Source: Heterodontus francisci (taxonomy: Eukaryota). Taken from it: DNA of 64,000 nucleotides. Shown piece by piece: positions 1 through 10,590 of the stretch. Below the pieces are notes generated by a model that saw nothing but the letters and a program-made list of their open reading frames with translations, did not search any database and was not told the DNA's origin. The first letter of the stretch is position 1. Each line of letters opens with the position of its first letter. The position numbers and the translations under genes were made by a program. The DNA is taken from NCBI RefSeq assembly GCF_036365525.1, contig NC_090399.1, positions 32,024,430 to 32,088,429 on the forward strand. The letters are read 5' to 3'.

Positions 1-64
1 GAGACTTCAATCCACTGGGTCTGAGACTGCATTAGACCCCGCCAACATCATCAGCAACCACAAA

Positions 65-810
65 TACATTTATATAGCGCCTGTAACGTCGTAGAACATC
101 CCAAGGTGCTTCACAGGAGTGATTATCAAGCAATATTTTGGGACCGAGCTACGCAAGGAGAGATTAGGGACACATATGCAAAAGCCTGGTCAAACAGTAG
201 GTTTTAAGGAGCATCTTAAAGGAGTAGAGAGATGGAGAGGGAATTCCAGAGCTTAGGGCCCAGGCAACTGAAAGTACTGCCGCCATTGGTAGAGTGATTA
301 AAATCGGAGGATGTACAAGGGGCCAGAATTGGAGAGGCACAGAGATACTGGAAGCGTGTAGGGACTGCAGGAGATTGCAGAGATAGGGAGGGGTGTAGGG
401 GCAGGAGAAGGTTACAGAGATAAGGAGGTGTGTAGGGCTGGAGGGGGTTACAGAGATAGGAAGGGGTGTAGGACTGGAGGGGGTTACAGAGATAGGGAGG
501 GGTGTAGGACTGGAGGGGGTTACAGAGATAGGGAGGGGTGTAGGACTGGAGGAGGTTACAGAGATAGGGAGAGGGCGAGATCATGAAGGATTTTAAAATG
601 GAGATGTTGCTGAACTGCGTGTCAGTGTAGGTCCGCGAGCATGTGGTGGTGACTGAACCTGGCTTGAGATAGGGGCCGGCAGAGTTTTCGAAGACTAAGT
701 TTATGGAGGGTGGAATGTGGGAGACCAGCCAGGAGTGCATTGGAATCGGCGAGTCTGGAGGTAACAAAGGCAGGATGAGGGTTCCAGCAGCAGATGAGCT
801 GAGGTTCCCA
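65..810 (-). mobile_element. L2-type LINE 3' fragment with an internal ~34-bp minisatellite
   Basis: Minus-strand translation has the L2 C-terminal motif FSCLGPKLWNSL; repeated ggttacagagatagggaggggtgtagg at about 360-570. Confidence 0.65.
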
Positions 811-991
811 GTGCGGGTAATGTCAGTGTCTCGCACAATGAATTTACTGACCCATCACACTTGCATTGTCATCCATCGGCATTGAGAGATGATTCAAAAT
901 TTATAATAGACAGGTAAATCGGAACTGTAAAGATAAAGGTGGAAAAATGGATCTTTCTATTTTGTAATTAACAGTTCTGTATGCGGTATGT

Positions 992-1470
992 GTACAGGAG
1001 CTGTCACTGCGACACGCACGGGCCGTACAGGAGCTGTCACTGCGACACGCACGGGCCGTACAGGAGCTGTCACTGCGACACGCACGGGCCGTACAGGAGC
1101 TGTCACTGCGACACGCACGGGCCGTACAGGAGCTGTCACTGCGACACGCACGGGCCGTACAGGAGCTGTCACTGCGACACGCACGGGCCGTACAGGAGCT
1201 GTCACTGCGACACGCACGGGCCGTACAGGAGCTGTCACTGCGACACGCACGGGCCGTACAGGAGCTGTCACTGCGACACGCACGGGCCGTACAGGAGCTG
1301 TCACTGCGACACGCACGGGCCGTACAGGAGCTGTCACTGCGACACGCACGGGCCGTACAGGAGCTGTCACTGCGACACGCACGGGCCGTACAGGAGCTGT
1401 CACTGCGACACGCACGGGCCGTACAGGAGCTGTCACTGCGACACGCACGGGCCGTACAGGAGCTGTCACT
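992..1470. repeat. 33-bp minisatellite, about 14.5 perfect copies
   Basis: Unit gtacaggagctgtcactgcgacacgcacgggcc; explains the 11-aa periodic ORFs. Confidence 0.97.
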
Positions 1471-1529
1471 GTCTCTCACTCCCTCCCTGACTCGTTTTCT
1501 CCCCCTCCGCCTCCCTCCTTTTTCCCCAG

Positions 1530-1742
1530 GAGGAGGAAGCCCTCCTTTCGGAGATGGATGTGACAGGCCAGGCTTTTGAGGATATGCAGGAACAGAATAT
1601 CCGTCTGATGCAGCAGCTTCGAGAGAAGGACGATGCGAACTTCAAGCTGATGTCTGAGCGAATCAAGTCCAACCAGATCCACAAACTACTAAAGGAGGAG
1701 AAGGAGGAGCTGGGAGACCAGGTCATGACCTTAAAAACCCAG
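1530..1742 (+). CDS. RNF20: BRE1-family E3 ubiquitin ligase (RNF20-like), coding exon n-4
   Basis: ccccag|GAG...CAG|gtcagt; 213 nt, phase 0; [71 protein letters not shown] is nearly identical to the vertebrate RNF20 coiled coil as I recall it. Upstream exons lie outside the window. Confidence 0.93.
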
Positions 1743-1909
1743 GTCAGTGTGCGCTGGGGATGGAGACAGCTGTTCTTGTAACCATCCCTCCCTCCGTCCC
1801 CACCGTCAACCATCCCTCCCTCCATCTCCCCGTCACCCATCCCTCCCTCCTTCACCTCTCCCTCCCTCCGTCACCCCTCCCTAACTTCCTTCCTCCGTCA
1901 CCCATCCCT

Positions 1910-2622
1910 CCCTCCCTCCGTCACCCGTCCCTCACTCCCTCCCTCCGTCGCCCGTCCCTCACTCCCTCCCTCCGTCGCCCGTCCCTCACTCCCTCCCTCC
2001 GTCGCCCGTCCCTCACTCCCTCCCTCCGTCGCCCGTCCCTCACTCCCTCCCTCCGTCGCCCGTCCCTCACTCCCTCCCTCCGTCGCCCGTCCCTCACTCC
2101 CTCCCTCCGTCGCCCGTCCCTCACTCCCTCCCTCCGTCGCCCGTCCCTCACTCCCTCCCTCCGTCGCCCGTCCCTCACTCCCTCCCTCCGTCGCCCGTCC
2201 CTCACTCCCTCCCTCCGTCGCCCGTCCCTCACTCCCTCCCTCCGTCGCCCGTCCCTCACTCCCTCCCTCCGTCGCCCGTCCCTCACTCCCTCCCTCCGTC
2301 GCCCGTCCCTCACTCCCTCCCTCCGTCGCCCGTCCCTCACTCCCTCCCTCCGTCGCCCGTCCCTCACTCCCTCCCTCCGTCGCCCGTCCCTCACTCCCTC
2401 CCTCCGTCGCCCGTCCCTCACTCCCTCCCTCCGTCGCCCGTCCCTCACTCCCTCCCTCCGTCGCCCGTCCCTCACTCCCTCCCTCCGTCGCCCGTCCCTC
2501 ACTCCCTCCCTCCGTCGCCCGTCCCTCACTCCCTCCCTCCGTCGCCCGTCCCTCACTCCCTCCCTCCGTCGCCCGTCCCTCACTCCCTCCCTCCGTCGCC
2601 CGTCCCTCACTCCCTCCCTCCC
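1910..2622. repeat. 27-bp C-rich minisatellite, about 26 near-perfect copies
   Basis: Unit ccctccctccgtcgcccgtccctcact; 9-aa periodic ORFs. Confidence 0.97.
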
Positions 2623-2845
2623 TGTCTCTTTCCATTTTCACTCAGTTTTCTCTTGCTTTCTCTCTCTGTCTCACCTCTGTTTTGTTACTTTTTCCATTCT
2701 CTCGCTGTCTGCGCTCCCGCGCGCTGTCCTGTCACTCCTGCTGTGCTTTCTTTCTCTCCCTCTCTGTTCCACCCACACACTCCCCCTCTCTCTCTCTCTC
2801 TCTCTCTCTCTCCCTTCTCACTGTCTGTTTTCTTTCACTCTCCAG

Positions 2846-2971
2846 GTCGATGCCCAGCTACAGGTGGTGAAAAAATTGGAGGAGAAGGAACAGTTACTCC
2901 AGACTAACCTCACGGCCATGGAGAAGGAGCTGTCCCTTCGCACCCAGACCCTGGATATGCACAAACGCAAG
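2846..2971 (+). CDS. RNF20: RNF20-like coding exon n-3
   Basis: tccag|GTC...AAG|gtgaga; 126 nt; [42 protein letters not shown]. Confidence 0.93.
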
Positions 2972-3238
2972 GTGAGAAGGGAGTGTCCGAGAGGCTGGGC
3001 CCCAGATCCTGCTCTGCTCAAAGGCTGCGAAAGTGAAAAGCTGGAGTGACAGATGTTGGGGTTCTTGGAATGGGAGCTCCTGATGGAGTTCAACCTTCAA
3101 ACACTGGCTTTTAGTGCACTTCACTCATAGTTAACTCCTGTCCCCTCACCCCGCCTCTTCCCTCCCCCCCTGCTCCCTATCTCTGTCTCTTTCTCCCCAG
3201 CTGCACACACTCACTCCCTCTTGCTGTGTCTCTCTCAG

Positions 3239-3379
3239 GCAGTGGAAGCAGCCCAGTTGGCTGAGGACCTGAAGGTGCAGCTGGACGCAGATCAAAAGAA
3301 ACTGTCGCAGGTTCAGAATGACATCATCGAGAGCAGTGTGGCCCGAGAGAAAGAAACCTTCAACTACAAGCGAGCACAG
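3239..3379 (+). CDS. RNF20: RNF20-like coding exon n-2
   Basis: ctcag|GCA...CAG|gtaggc; 141 nt; AVEAAQLAEDLKVQLDADQKKLSQVQNDIIESSVAREKETFNYKRAQ. Confidence 0.93.
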
Positions 3380-3417
3380 GTAGGCGCCTGTGAGAGACAT
3401 TTATAACCCAGTGTAAG

Positions 3418-3915
3418 CATCAAACACTCCCCGGGCAGGTACAGCACAGAGTTAGATACAGAGTAAAACTCCCTCTACACTGTTCCCATCAGACACTCCC
3501 AGGGCAGATATAACACGAGTTAGATACAGAGTAAAGCTTCCTCTACACTTTCCCCATCAAACACTCCCAGGGCAGATATAACACGAGTTAGATACAGAGT
3601 AAAGCTCCCTCTACACTGTCCCCATCAAACACTCCCAAGGCAGGAACAGCATAGGTTAGATACAGAGTAAAGCTCCCTCTACACTGTTCCCATCAAACAC
3701 TCCCAGGACAGGGACAGTACGGGGTTAGAAAAAAAGGGAAAAAAAGGGTTAGATACAGAGTAAAGCTCCCTCTACACTTTCCCCAACAAACACTCCCAGG
3801 ACAGGTACAACATGAGTTAGATACAGAGTAAAGCTCCCTCTACACTGTTCCCATCAGACACTCCCAGGACAGACACAGCACGGGTTAGATACAGAGTAAA
3901 GCTCCCCCTACACTG
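3418..3915. repeat. ~68-bp tandem repeat, about 7 copies
   Basis: Unit catcaaacactcccagggcaggtacagcacgggttagatacagagtaaagctccctctacactgtccc. Confidence 0.9.
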
Positions 3916-4011
3916 CCCTGACAGTGTGTTTCAGAATGTGAGTGATCCATGTTTGATGATGGCCAGACTGAGGGGGTAGTGAGATATCTTTCCTCCTCTC
4001 CCTGGTTTTAG

Positions 4012-4113
4012 GAAGACATCTCGAAGCTGCGCCGCAAGTTGGAACGACAGAAGAAGCCGGAAATGTTCACCAACTGTGACGAGATCCTGATGGAGGAGAT
4101 CAAAGATTACAAG
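4012..4113 (+). CDS. RNF20: RNF20-like coding exon n-1
   Basis: tttag|GAA...AAG|gtgagt; 102 nt; [34 protein letters not shown]. Confidence 0.93.
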
Positions 4114-4129
4114 GTGAGTGATCCGACCG

Positions 4130-5355
4130 GAGTCCCGGCCATTGTTGTGTATGGAGGTGGGGTGCAGATCGGCCCATATTCCGGGGCAAGGGGGTGTGGA
4201 TTGCTTGATACTCCAGGGTGGGGGGAGTGCTGATCAGTCTGTATTCCAGGGTGGGGGGGGCGGTGCTGGAGCCAGATTGGCTCATATTCCAGGATGGAGG
4301 GGTAGCTGGTTCAATCCATATTCCAGGATGGAGGGGTAGCCGGTACAATCCATATTCCAGGATGGGGGGGGTAGCTGGTTCAATCCATTTTCCAGGATGG
4401 GAGGAGCCGGATTGGTCCATATTTGGGAGGAGAGGACTGGATCTATCCATATTCTGAGAGGTTCCTGATCGATCCATATTCCAGGGAGAGCTGGATCAAT
4501 CCATATCGAGGGGGGTTGGGGGGGGAATAGGATGTATCCATATTCCGTGGGGAGACAGCTGGAACAAAACGTATTCTGGCAGTTGTATGATTGCCTTTGA
4601 GTGATGTCGCTTTAAGATCTTAATGTGCTAATGAATTAAGTACCAGGCCACAGTCATGTGACTTGGAGCCTGAGTCACACTAACGCCTAGAGGCAGGTCC
4701 TGTAAATAGCTAAAATAAAAGCAAAATACTGCGGATGCTGGAAATCTGAAATAAAAACAAGAAATGCTGGAATCACTCAGCAGGTCTGGCAGCATCTGTG
4801 GAAAGAGAAGCAGAGTTAACGTTTCGGGTCAGTGACCCTTCTTGTAAATAGCTAGCTCTGTACTGTATATAATAGCTGTTAATAAACCTGTTTGAGATCT
4901 TCAACCAACTGGACTCCACGCATCTCAATTATGTTGCATCAGACAACATAAAGAACTCATTATGTGGTGGCAGCTGTGGGACATTATACTGGGAGTATGG
5001 AGAGGCTGGATCAGTCCATATTCCGGGGGGAGCTGGAACAATCCATAATCCAGGGTGGGGCGGGGTTGTTCAGCTGTCGAACAAGGCAAGTCCATTTTCA
5101 TGCGATGGAAGCAGGATCAGTCCATTTTGCATGGGGTTCGTTTTCTTAGTTGGGGGCGCGGGAAGTTGGACGGGTCCATTATCCAGGGAGCTAGGGGCTG
5201 GCGGATTAAAGCTTTGAATTGGAAATGTCCATTTTAAGATGTGGGGGAATTAGGGGAGGCGGGAGCTGGATCAGTCCATTTTGTCAGGGGTTCGCACTAC
5301 GATGGGACCAGTCCATTTTCTTTGGTGTGTGGGGTGGATTGGTCCATTTTTCGGA
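4130..5355. repeat. Degenerate ~30-40-bp repeat, interrupted by an LTR
   Basis: Recurring gctggatcagtccatattccagg core. Confidence 0.65.
4582..4981 (+). mobile_element. Gypsy-type LTR plus tRNA-Leu-like PBS, with a nested Penelope-like fragment (4713-4842)
   Basis: Internal TATA/AATAAA; ends in TGGTGGCAGCTGTGGGA (4965-4981); nested insert flanked by 12-bp direct repeat tgtaaatagcta (4701-4712, 4843-4854). Confidence 0.65.
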
Positions 5356-5482
5356 CAGGACGGAGGCATTTCTTCCGGGGTGGATGTGGCGGGATTGTTT
5401 CAATGGGATGAAAAGCTGCCTTGGAAATCTCACCTTGTGCTTCTCCGTCTCTCTTTTCCCCTCCCCCCACCCCCCGGGGCAG

Positions 5483-5659
5483 GCCAAGCTGACGTGTCCC
5501 TGCTGTAACATGCGGAAGAAGGACGCCGTGCTGACCAAGTGTTTCCACGTCTTCTGCTTCGAATGTGTCAAGACCCGCTACGACACGCGGCAGCGCAAGT
5601 GCCCCAAGTGCAACGCTGCCTTCGGGGCCAATGACTTCCACCGTATCTACATTGGCTGA
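5483..5659 (+). CDS. RNF20: RNF20-like terminal coding exon, C3HC4 RING finger
   Basis: ggcag|GCC...TGA; [70 protein letters not shown] and [10 protein letters not shown] are the RNF20 states rather than the mammalian RNF40 states. Confidence 0.95.
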   Translation, partial: AKLTCPCCNMRKKDAVLTKCFHVFCFECVKTRYDTRQRKCPKCNAAFGANDFHRIYIG

Positions 5660-5915
5660 GAAACCACCCCACCCCCACCCAATCCCCCAGGACTGTGGAG
5701 GGGGAGGTGTTACCAGGGAGCATGGCTCCCAATCTCGAGGGTAGTTTCCATGGTCACCCCTCTCCCCGTCTTCTCCTCCTCCACATGGCTCCGCACCACC
5801 ACCACCCCCCCCCCCCCCACCAAACCCCCGATGTCCCTTTACCACGGTCCCAGTGAAGGACGCGGGGCAGGAGGTTACAGTTTGTCGTTTTTCTGTTTGA
5901 AACGTTGAGGTTCGG

Positions 5916-5921
5916 AATAAA
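5916..5921 (+). terminator. Polyadenylation signal of the RNF20-like gene
   Basis: AATAAA about 260 nt after the stop codon, followed by GT-rich sequence. Confidence 0.7.
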
Positions 5922-6249
5922 CGTGTGGATTGAGAAGCGAGGCCTGGGGTCTGTTTGGACCAATAATGTTGCTGCTCTCTCGACTCTCATTCTGCGAGAG
6001 TCTCTGGGTCGACTGTGAACAGTTTTGGTCGCTATACCAAAGTAAGGATATATTTCCCTGAGAGGGAGTGCCAGGAAAGTTCTTCAGATTGGTTCCCGGG
6101 ATGAAAGGAGACACTAAGCAGAATGAGCCGACATTCTCTGGAGTTTAGAAGAATGAGAGGTGATCTTATTGAAACCTGGAAAATTCTTGGAGGATTTGAC
6201 AAGGGCGATGCTGAGAGGCTGTTTACCCTGGCTGGGGAATCTAGAACCA

Positions 6250-6620
6250 GTGCTGCACTGTGAGAGGATCAGTGCTGAGGGAGTGCTGCACTGTCGGAGG
6301 GTCAGTGCTGAGGGAGCGCTGCACTGTCGGAGGGCCAGTGCTGAGGGAGTGCTGCACTGTTAGGTGCCGCCTTTCCGATTAAGAAATTAAATCTTGTGCC
6401 CATCTGCTCTGTCAAGTGGACAAGGAGATCCCATGACCACTTTTTGGGGGAGGAGTGGGGGTGGGGAGTTCCACCTGGCGTCCAATGTTTGTCCTTGAAC
6501 CAACATCACTAAAACAGATGATCTGGTGGTCATGTTGCTGCTTGTGGGATCTTGCTGTGCCTGAATTGGCTGCTGGTTTCCCACGTTACAACAGCGACCT
6601 CAATTCGCAGAAAGTCATAA
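6250..6620 (+). mobile_element. Deu-domain SINE remnant with a short 33-bp tandem expansion
   Basis: agtgctgagggagtgctgcactgtcggagg x3-4 followed by the Deu-like core; a CR1 fragment precedes it (about 6030-6250). Confidence 0.6.
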
Positions 6621-6622
6621 TA

Positions 6623-6968
6623 GGGCAGCACAGTGGCGCAGTGGTTAGCACCACAGCCTCACAGCTCCAGCAACCCGGGTTCCGTTCTGGGTACTGCCTG
6701 TGTGGAGTTTGCACGTTCTCCCTGTGACTCTGTGGGTTTCCGCCGGGTGCTCCGGTTTCCTCCCACTGCCAAAGACTTGCAGGTTGATAGGTAAATTGGT
6801 CATTGTAAATTGCCCCTAGTGTAGGTAGGTGGTAGGAGAATTGTGGGGATAAGAGGGGGAATATCGGATTAATGTAGGATTAGTATAAATGGGTGGTTGA
6901 TGGTCAGCACAGACTCAGTGGGCCAAAGGGCCTGTTTCAGTGCTGCATTTCTCTATGAATCTATAAAT
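6623..6968 (+). mobile_element. HE1-type tRNA-derived V-SINE
   Basis: A box tggcgcagtgg, B box gggttccgttc, V-core tgtgtggagtttgcacgttctccctgtg, CR1-like tail gggcctgtttcagtgctg. Confidence 0.85.
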
Positions 6969-7073
6969 AACCGTGAACCGCTTCAGGACGTCCTAAAGTG
7001 GTGAAGGCACTGGGGAAACGGGGGTTCTTTCATACAAACGGATGCAAATGGACAAAAACCGCTCACAAACCCA

Positions 7074-7212
7074 TTTATTGGGAATTGGAATAGTTTTTCG
7101 ATCCTCAGTCCGGTTGGAAATGATTTATCCGATATGCATAGTCCAATTCTGTCTCCAAATGATGTTGACCTGAGCAGATCCAGTCTGGGCCGGTTCCAGA
7201 AACAAAAGTCAT
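7074..7212 (-). other. Probable terminal exon of the FAM216B-like gene (stop codon, 3' UTR, AATAAA at 7079-7074)
   Basis: Minus strand ttttcaacag|ATGA; joining the phase-2 donor at 8134 gives AGA TGA; AATAAA follows about 130 nt later. Confidence 0.55.
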
Positions 7213-7261
7213 CTGTTGAAAACAATGAAAAAAACCATTGGGAGTGACTATATGAGCCATA

Positions 7262-7575
7262 GTCATAGAGAGATACAGCACTGAAACAGGCCCTTCGGCC
7301 CACTGAGTCTGTGCCGATCAACACCCACCCATTTATACTAATCCTACATTAATCCCATATTCCCTACTACATCCCCACCATTCTCCCACCACCTACCTAC
7401 ACTAGGGGAAATTTACAATGGCCAATTTACCTATCAACCTGAAATTCTTTGGCGGTGGGAGGAAACCGGATCACCCGGCAGAAACCCACGCGGTCACCGG
7501 GAGAACTTGCAAACTCCACACAGGCAGTACCCAGAACCGAACCCGGGTCGCTGGAGCTGTGGTGCTAACCACTAT
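7262..7575 (-). mobile_element. HE1-type V-SINE
   Basis: Reverse complement of the 6623 element. Confidence 0.85.
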
Positions 7576-7579
7576 CTGA

Positions 7580-7850
7580 CAAAAGGGGAAAATGGCGACA
7601 CATCCTGTAGACTGGTGTGCACTATCACAATGAAACAACAGCTTGGTAATAGGTGCCAACGTCATAAACAACAACTGACAGCGTCACTTGGCAGTTTCAC
7701 GTGCAGCACTTGTTTCAGAACCTGCCTCTCAAGGATTGGCCTTCACAGCCATCAGCAAAGGTACAGCAAGAGAAGACATCCCACCTACATGGATTGTTTG
7801 CTGTGTGTCCATCATCCTTCATGGATGGAATACTTGCCAACAAACCAACC
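7580..7850 (+). mobile_element. RTE-clade LINE 3' end
   Basis: FTCSTCFRTCLSRIGLHSHQQR, the C-terminal Zn-finger-like motif typical of RTE ORF ends. Confidence 0.6.
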
Positions 7851-8133
7851 GTGGCAGGCACAGGGACCTGTAACTAACTGGAGCCTGGGGTGTAGACAGC
7901 AGCCTGGAATTGACAGGAACCTGGGGCAAGGGCACCAGCCTGGAATTAACTGGATACTGGGGGTCATGGGCCTGCCACTAACTGGAACCTGGGGACGGGG
8001 GTAGAAAGGTGTTATTCACTGGAGCTTGGGGGACTGGTGCCTGGGTGACAGGGCCTGGAATTAACTAGAATCTGGTGGGAGGGGGGAAAACAGGGCCTAA
8101 AAGGAAAGATGAAGTACGAGGAGGATTTCAAAC

Positions 8134-8302
8134 CTTTTTGTTCTCCATCTCCTCTCAGGTTTCGGTTGCGAGTGGTGGTCTTGCTTTCTCGGACTTGCGG
8201 TCGTAGCTCTGACCATTAAGGGGGACCATTTCTGATACTGCTGCTGCCTGGGGCTTCTCAGATAATCTACAAACTTGTTCATTTCCTCAGTAGTCATGTA
8301 AC
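8134..8302 (-). CDS. FAM216B: FAM216B-like coding exon 3
   Basis: tttaaag|GT TAC ATG; (G)YMTTEEMNKFVDYLRSPRQQQYQKWSPLMVRATTASPRKQDHHSQPKPERRWRTK(R); likely donor AG|gtttga, otherwise it reads through to a stop at 8097. Confidence 0.75.
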
Positions 8303-8339
8303 CTTTAAAAACACAAAGATTCCTATTTCATTACCTCAG

Positions 8340-9340
8340 GATATCCCAAAGTGTTTCCCAGTCAATGAAGGACTCTTTTTTTTTTGGAGTGCGATCACTG
8401 TTCATTGTCATAATGCTGGAAACGTAGCAGCCATCATGTGATTTCAGTGATGTTGCTTTAGGGATAAATATTAGACCCAGAACACTGGGGAGACTATCCT
8501 GCTCTTCTTCCAAAAGTGGCCATGGGATCTTTCACTTTCACATGAGGACAGATAGGGACCTCGCTTTAACGTCTCACCTGAAAGATAGCACCTCCAACAG
8601 TGCAGTGCTCCCTCAGTACTGACCCTCTGCCAGTGCAACACTCCCTCAGTACAGACCCTCCACCAGTGCAACACTCCCTCAGTACTGGCCATCTGACAGT
8701 GCAGCACTCCCTCAGTACAGCCCCTCTGGCAGTGCAGCGCTCCCTCCGTACAGCCCGTCCGACAGTGCAGTGCTCCCTCAGTACTGACCTTCCGACAGTG
8801 CAGCACTCCCTCAGTATCACCCCTCCGACAGTGCAGTGCTCCCTCAGTACTGACCTTCCGACAGTGCAGCACTCCCTCCGTACAGCCCGTCCGACAGTGC
8901 AGTGCTCCCTCAGTACTGACCTTCCGACAGTGCAGCACTCCCTCAGTATCACCCCTCCGACAGTGCAGCACTCCCTCAGTACAGACCCTCCACCAGTGCA
9001 GCACTCCCTCAGTACAGCCCCTCTGGCAGTGCAGCACTCCCTCAGTACAGCCCCTCTGGCAGTGCAGCGCTCCCTCCATACAGCCCGTCTGACAGTGCAG
9101 TGCTCCCTCAGTACTGACCTTCCGACAGTGCAGCACTCCCTCAGTATCACCCCTCCGACAGTGCAGTGCTCCCTCAGTACTGACCCTCCGACAGTGCAGC
9201 ACTCCCTCAGTATCACCCCTCCGACAGTGCAGTGCTCCCTCAGTACTGACCCTCCGACAGTGCAGCATTCCCTCAGTATCACCCCTCCGACAGTGCAGCA
9301 CTCCCTCAGTATCACCCCTCCGACAGTGCAGTGCTCCCTC
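8340..9340 (-). repeat. Deu-SINE remnant (about 8340-8600) plus a 33-bp minisatellite (about 8597-9340, about 22 copies)
   Basis: Unit cagtgcagcactccctcagtactgaccctccga extends directly from the SINE sequence ...ctgaaagatagcacctccaacagtgcag. Confidence 0.85.
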
Positions 9341-9494
9341 ACTAAGTAGACGGTCTTGGTGATACCACGGATATGTGGCCAGTAGTTCATCTTGAAATCA
9401 GATAGGTCGCTGAGGTTGTGGAGTGGAAACTTGAGATCCCGAGGGGGGAGATAATGGACGATTCTTTATATTTCATTGTCTAACCATTACCCAC

Positions 9495-9615
9495 CCAACA
9501 TCCTCTGTCGCTCGAGGCTGTTGATGTATTGCTGATGGAGGCTCCTGCGGAGGGGACCTGCTTTGTAGATAGTGAAGATGCTGTACATGTATCTCTGCTG
9601 CCCGATATTGAGGTC
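9495..9615 (-). CDS. FAM216B: FAM216B-like coding exon 2
   Basis: ctccag|GAC...TTG G|gtgggt; 121 nt; DLNIGQQRYMYSIFTIYKAGPLRRSLHQQYINSLERQRML(G) matches the FAM216B domain (human ALNQGQQRYFYSIMRIY...YIHSLQHQQLLGYIT, from memory). Confidence 0.85.
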
Positions 9616-9719
9616 CTGGAGGAGAAACACCAACTTCATCTGAGTGCTTACGCTGGAGCAGATGGAATTTCTTGAAGGGATTTACAAAGGATTGCTCAGT
9701 AAATCAAAGACTGCACTAT

Positions 9720-10590
9720 CTGATGCCAAGCTAAGCTCAGGATCCATCCTAGCCCTCTCCCATCAACATTACCCTTCCCTCCACCTCCACAACATTACCC
9801 ATGTCCGCCCTTCGTGGTGCTGATTTGCTGCTGAAACTCTCACCGTGCCTCCAACACCGCCAGACTCTATTATTCTAATGCTCTCCTCACCGGCCTCTCA
9901 GCCTTCACCCTCAGTAACCATCAGCTCATCTGAAACTCTGCTAACCCATATCCTAACTCGCGCTGTCCAGCTTAACCAGCACCCACTGTGCTCACTTACC
10001 GACATTGGCTTCCACTCCAGCAATGCCTCGATTTTAAAATTCTCAAACTTGTTTCAAATCCCTCCATGGCCCTCAGCTGATCCCTATCGCTGTAACCTCC
10101 TCCAGTCCCTACACCACACTCTATGTCTGCACCCTCCTCCAGCCCCTACACCACTCCCTATCTCTGCAACCCTCAAACCCTACACCCCTCCCATCTCTAA
10201 CCTCCTCCAGCCCCTACACCCCTCCCTATCTCTGTAACCTCCTCCAGCCCCGACACCCCTCCCTATCTCTAACCTCCTCCTGCCCTGCCAGCATCTGGGA
10301 TTCTACCAGTTCTGGCCTTTTACGTATCCCAATTTTAATCCTTCCATTATTGGTGGCTGTGCCTTCAGTTCCCTGGGTCCTAAGCTCTGGAATTCCCTCC
10401 CTACACCTCTGTCTCTTTTTTTTTAAGACAGTCCTTGAAATCTACCTTTTTGACAAAGCTTTATATCCCCTGTCCTAATATCTCCTTATTTGGCTTGGTG
10501 TCAATTTTCTGACTGGTTTATGCTCCTGTTTAGTGCCTTGTGATGTTTTACTATGTTGAAGGCACTATCGAAATGCTATTTGTTGTTGTA
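9720..10590 (+). mobile_element. L2-type LINE 3' fragment
   Basis: Same family as 65-810 in opposite orientation; ends aaatgctatttgttgttgt. Confidence 0.6.

Noticed and set aside
901-2641. Periodic ORFs and CRISPR-like appearance of the tandem arrays
   Set aside because: Head-to-tail repeats without unique spacers, no cas genes, vertebrate intronic context
6623-6700. tRNA-like sequences with A and B boxes
   Set aside because: These are SINE heads that continue into the V core and CR1-like tail, not tRNA genes
6983-7324. 113-aa minus-strand ORF as the FAM216B C-terminus
   Set aside because: It starts inside a SINE, its phase does not fit the likely upstream donor, and it runs through the AATAAA
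8471-9390. Cys/His-periodic ORFs resembling zinc fingers (also 13012-13467)
   Set aside because: Translation of the 33-bp SINE-derived minisatellite
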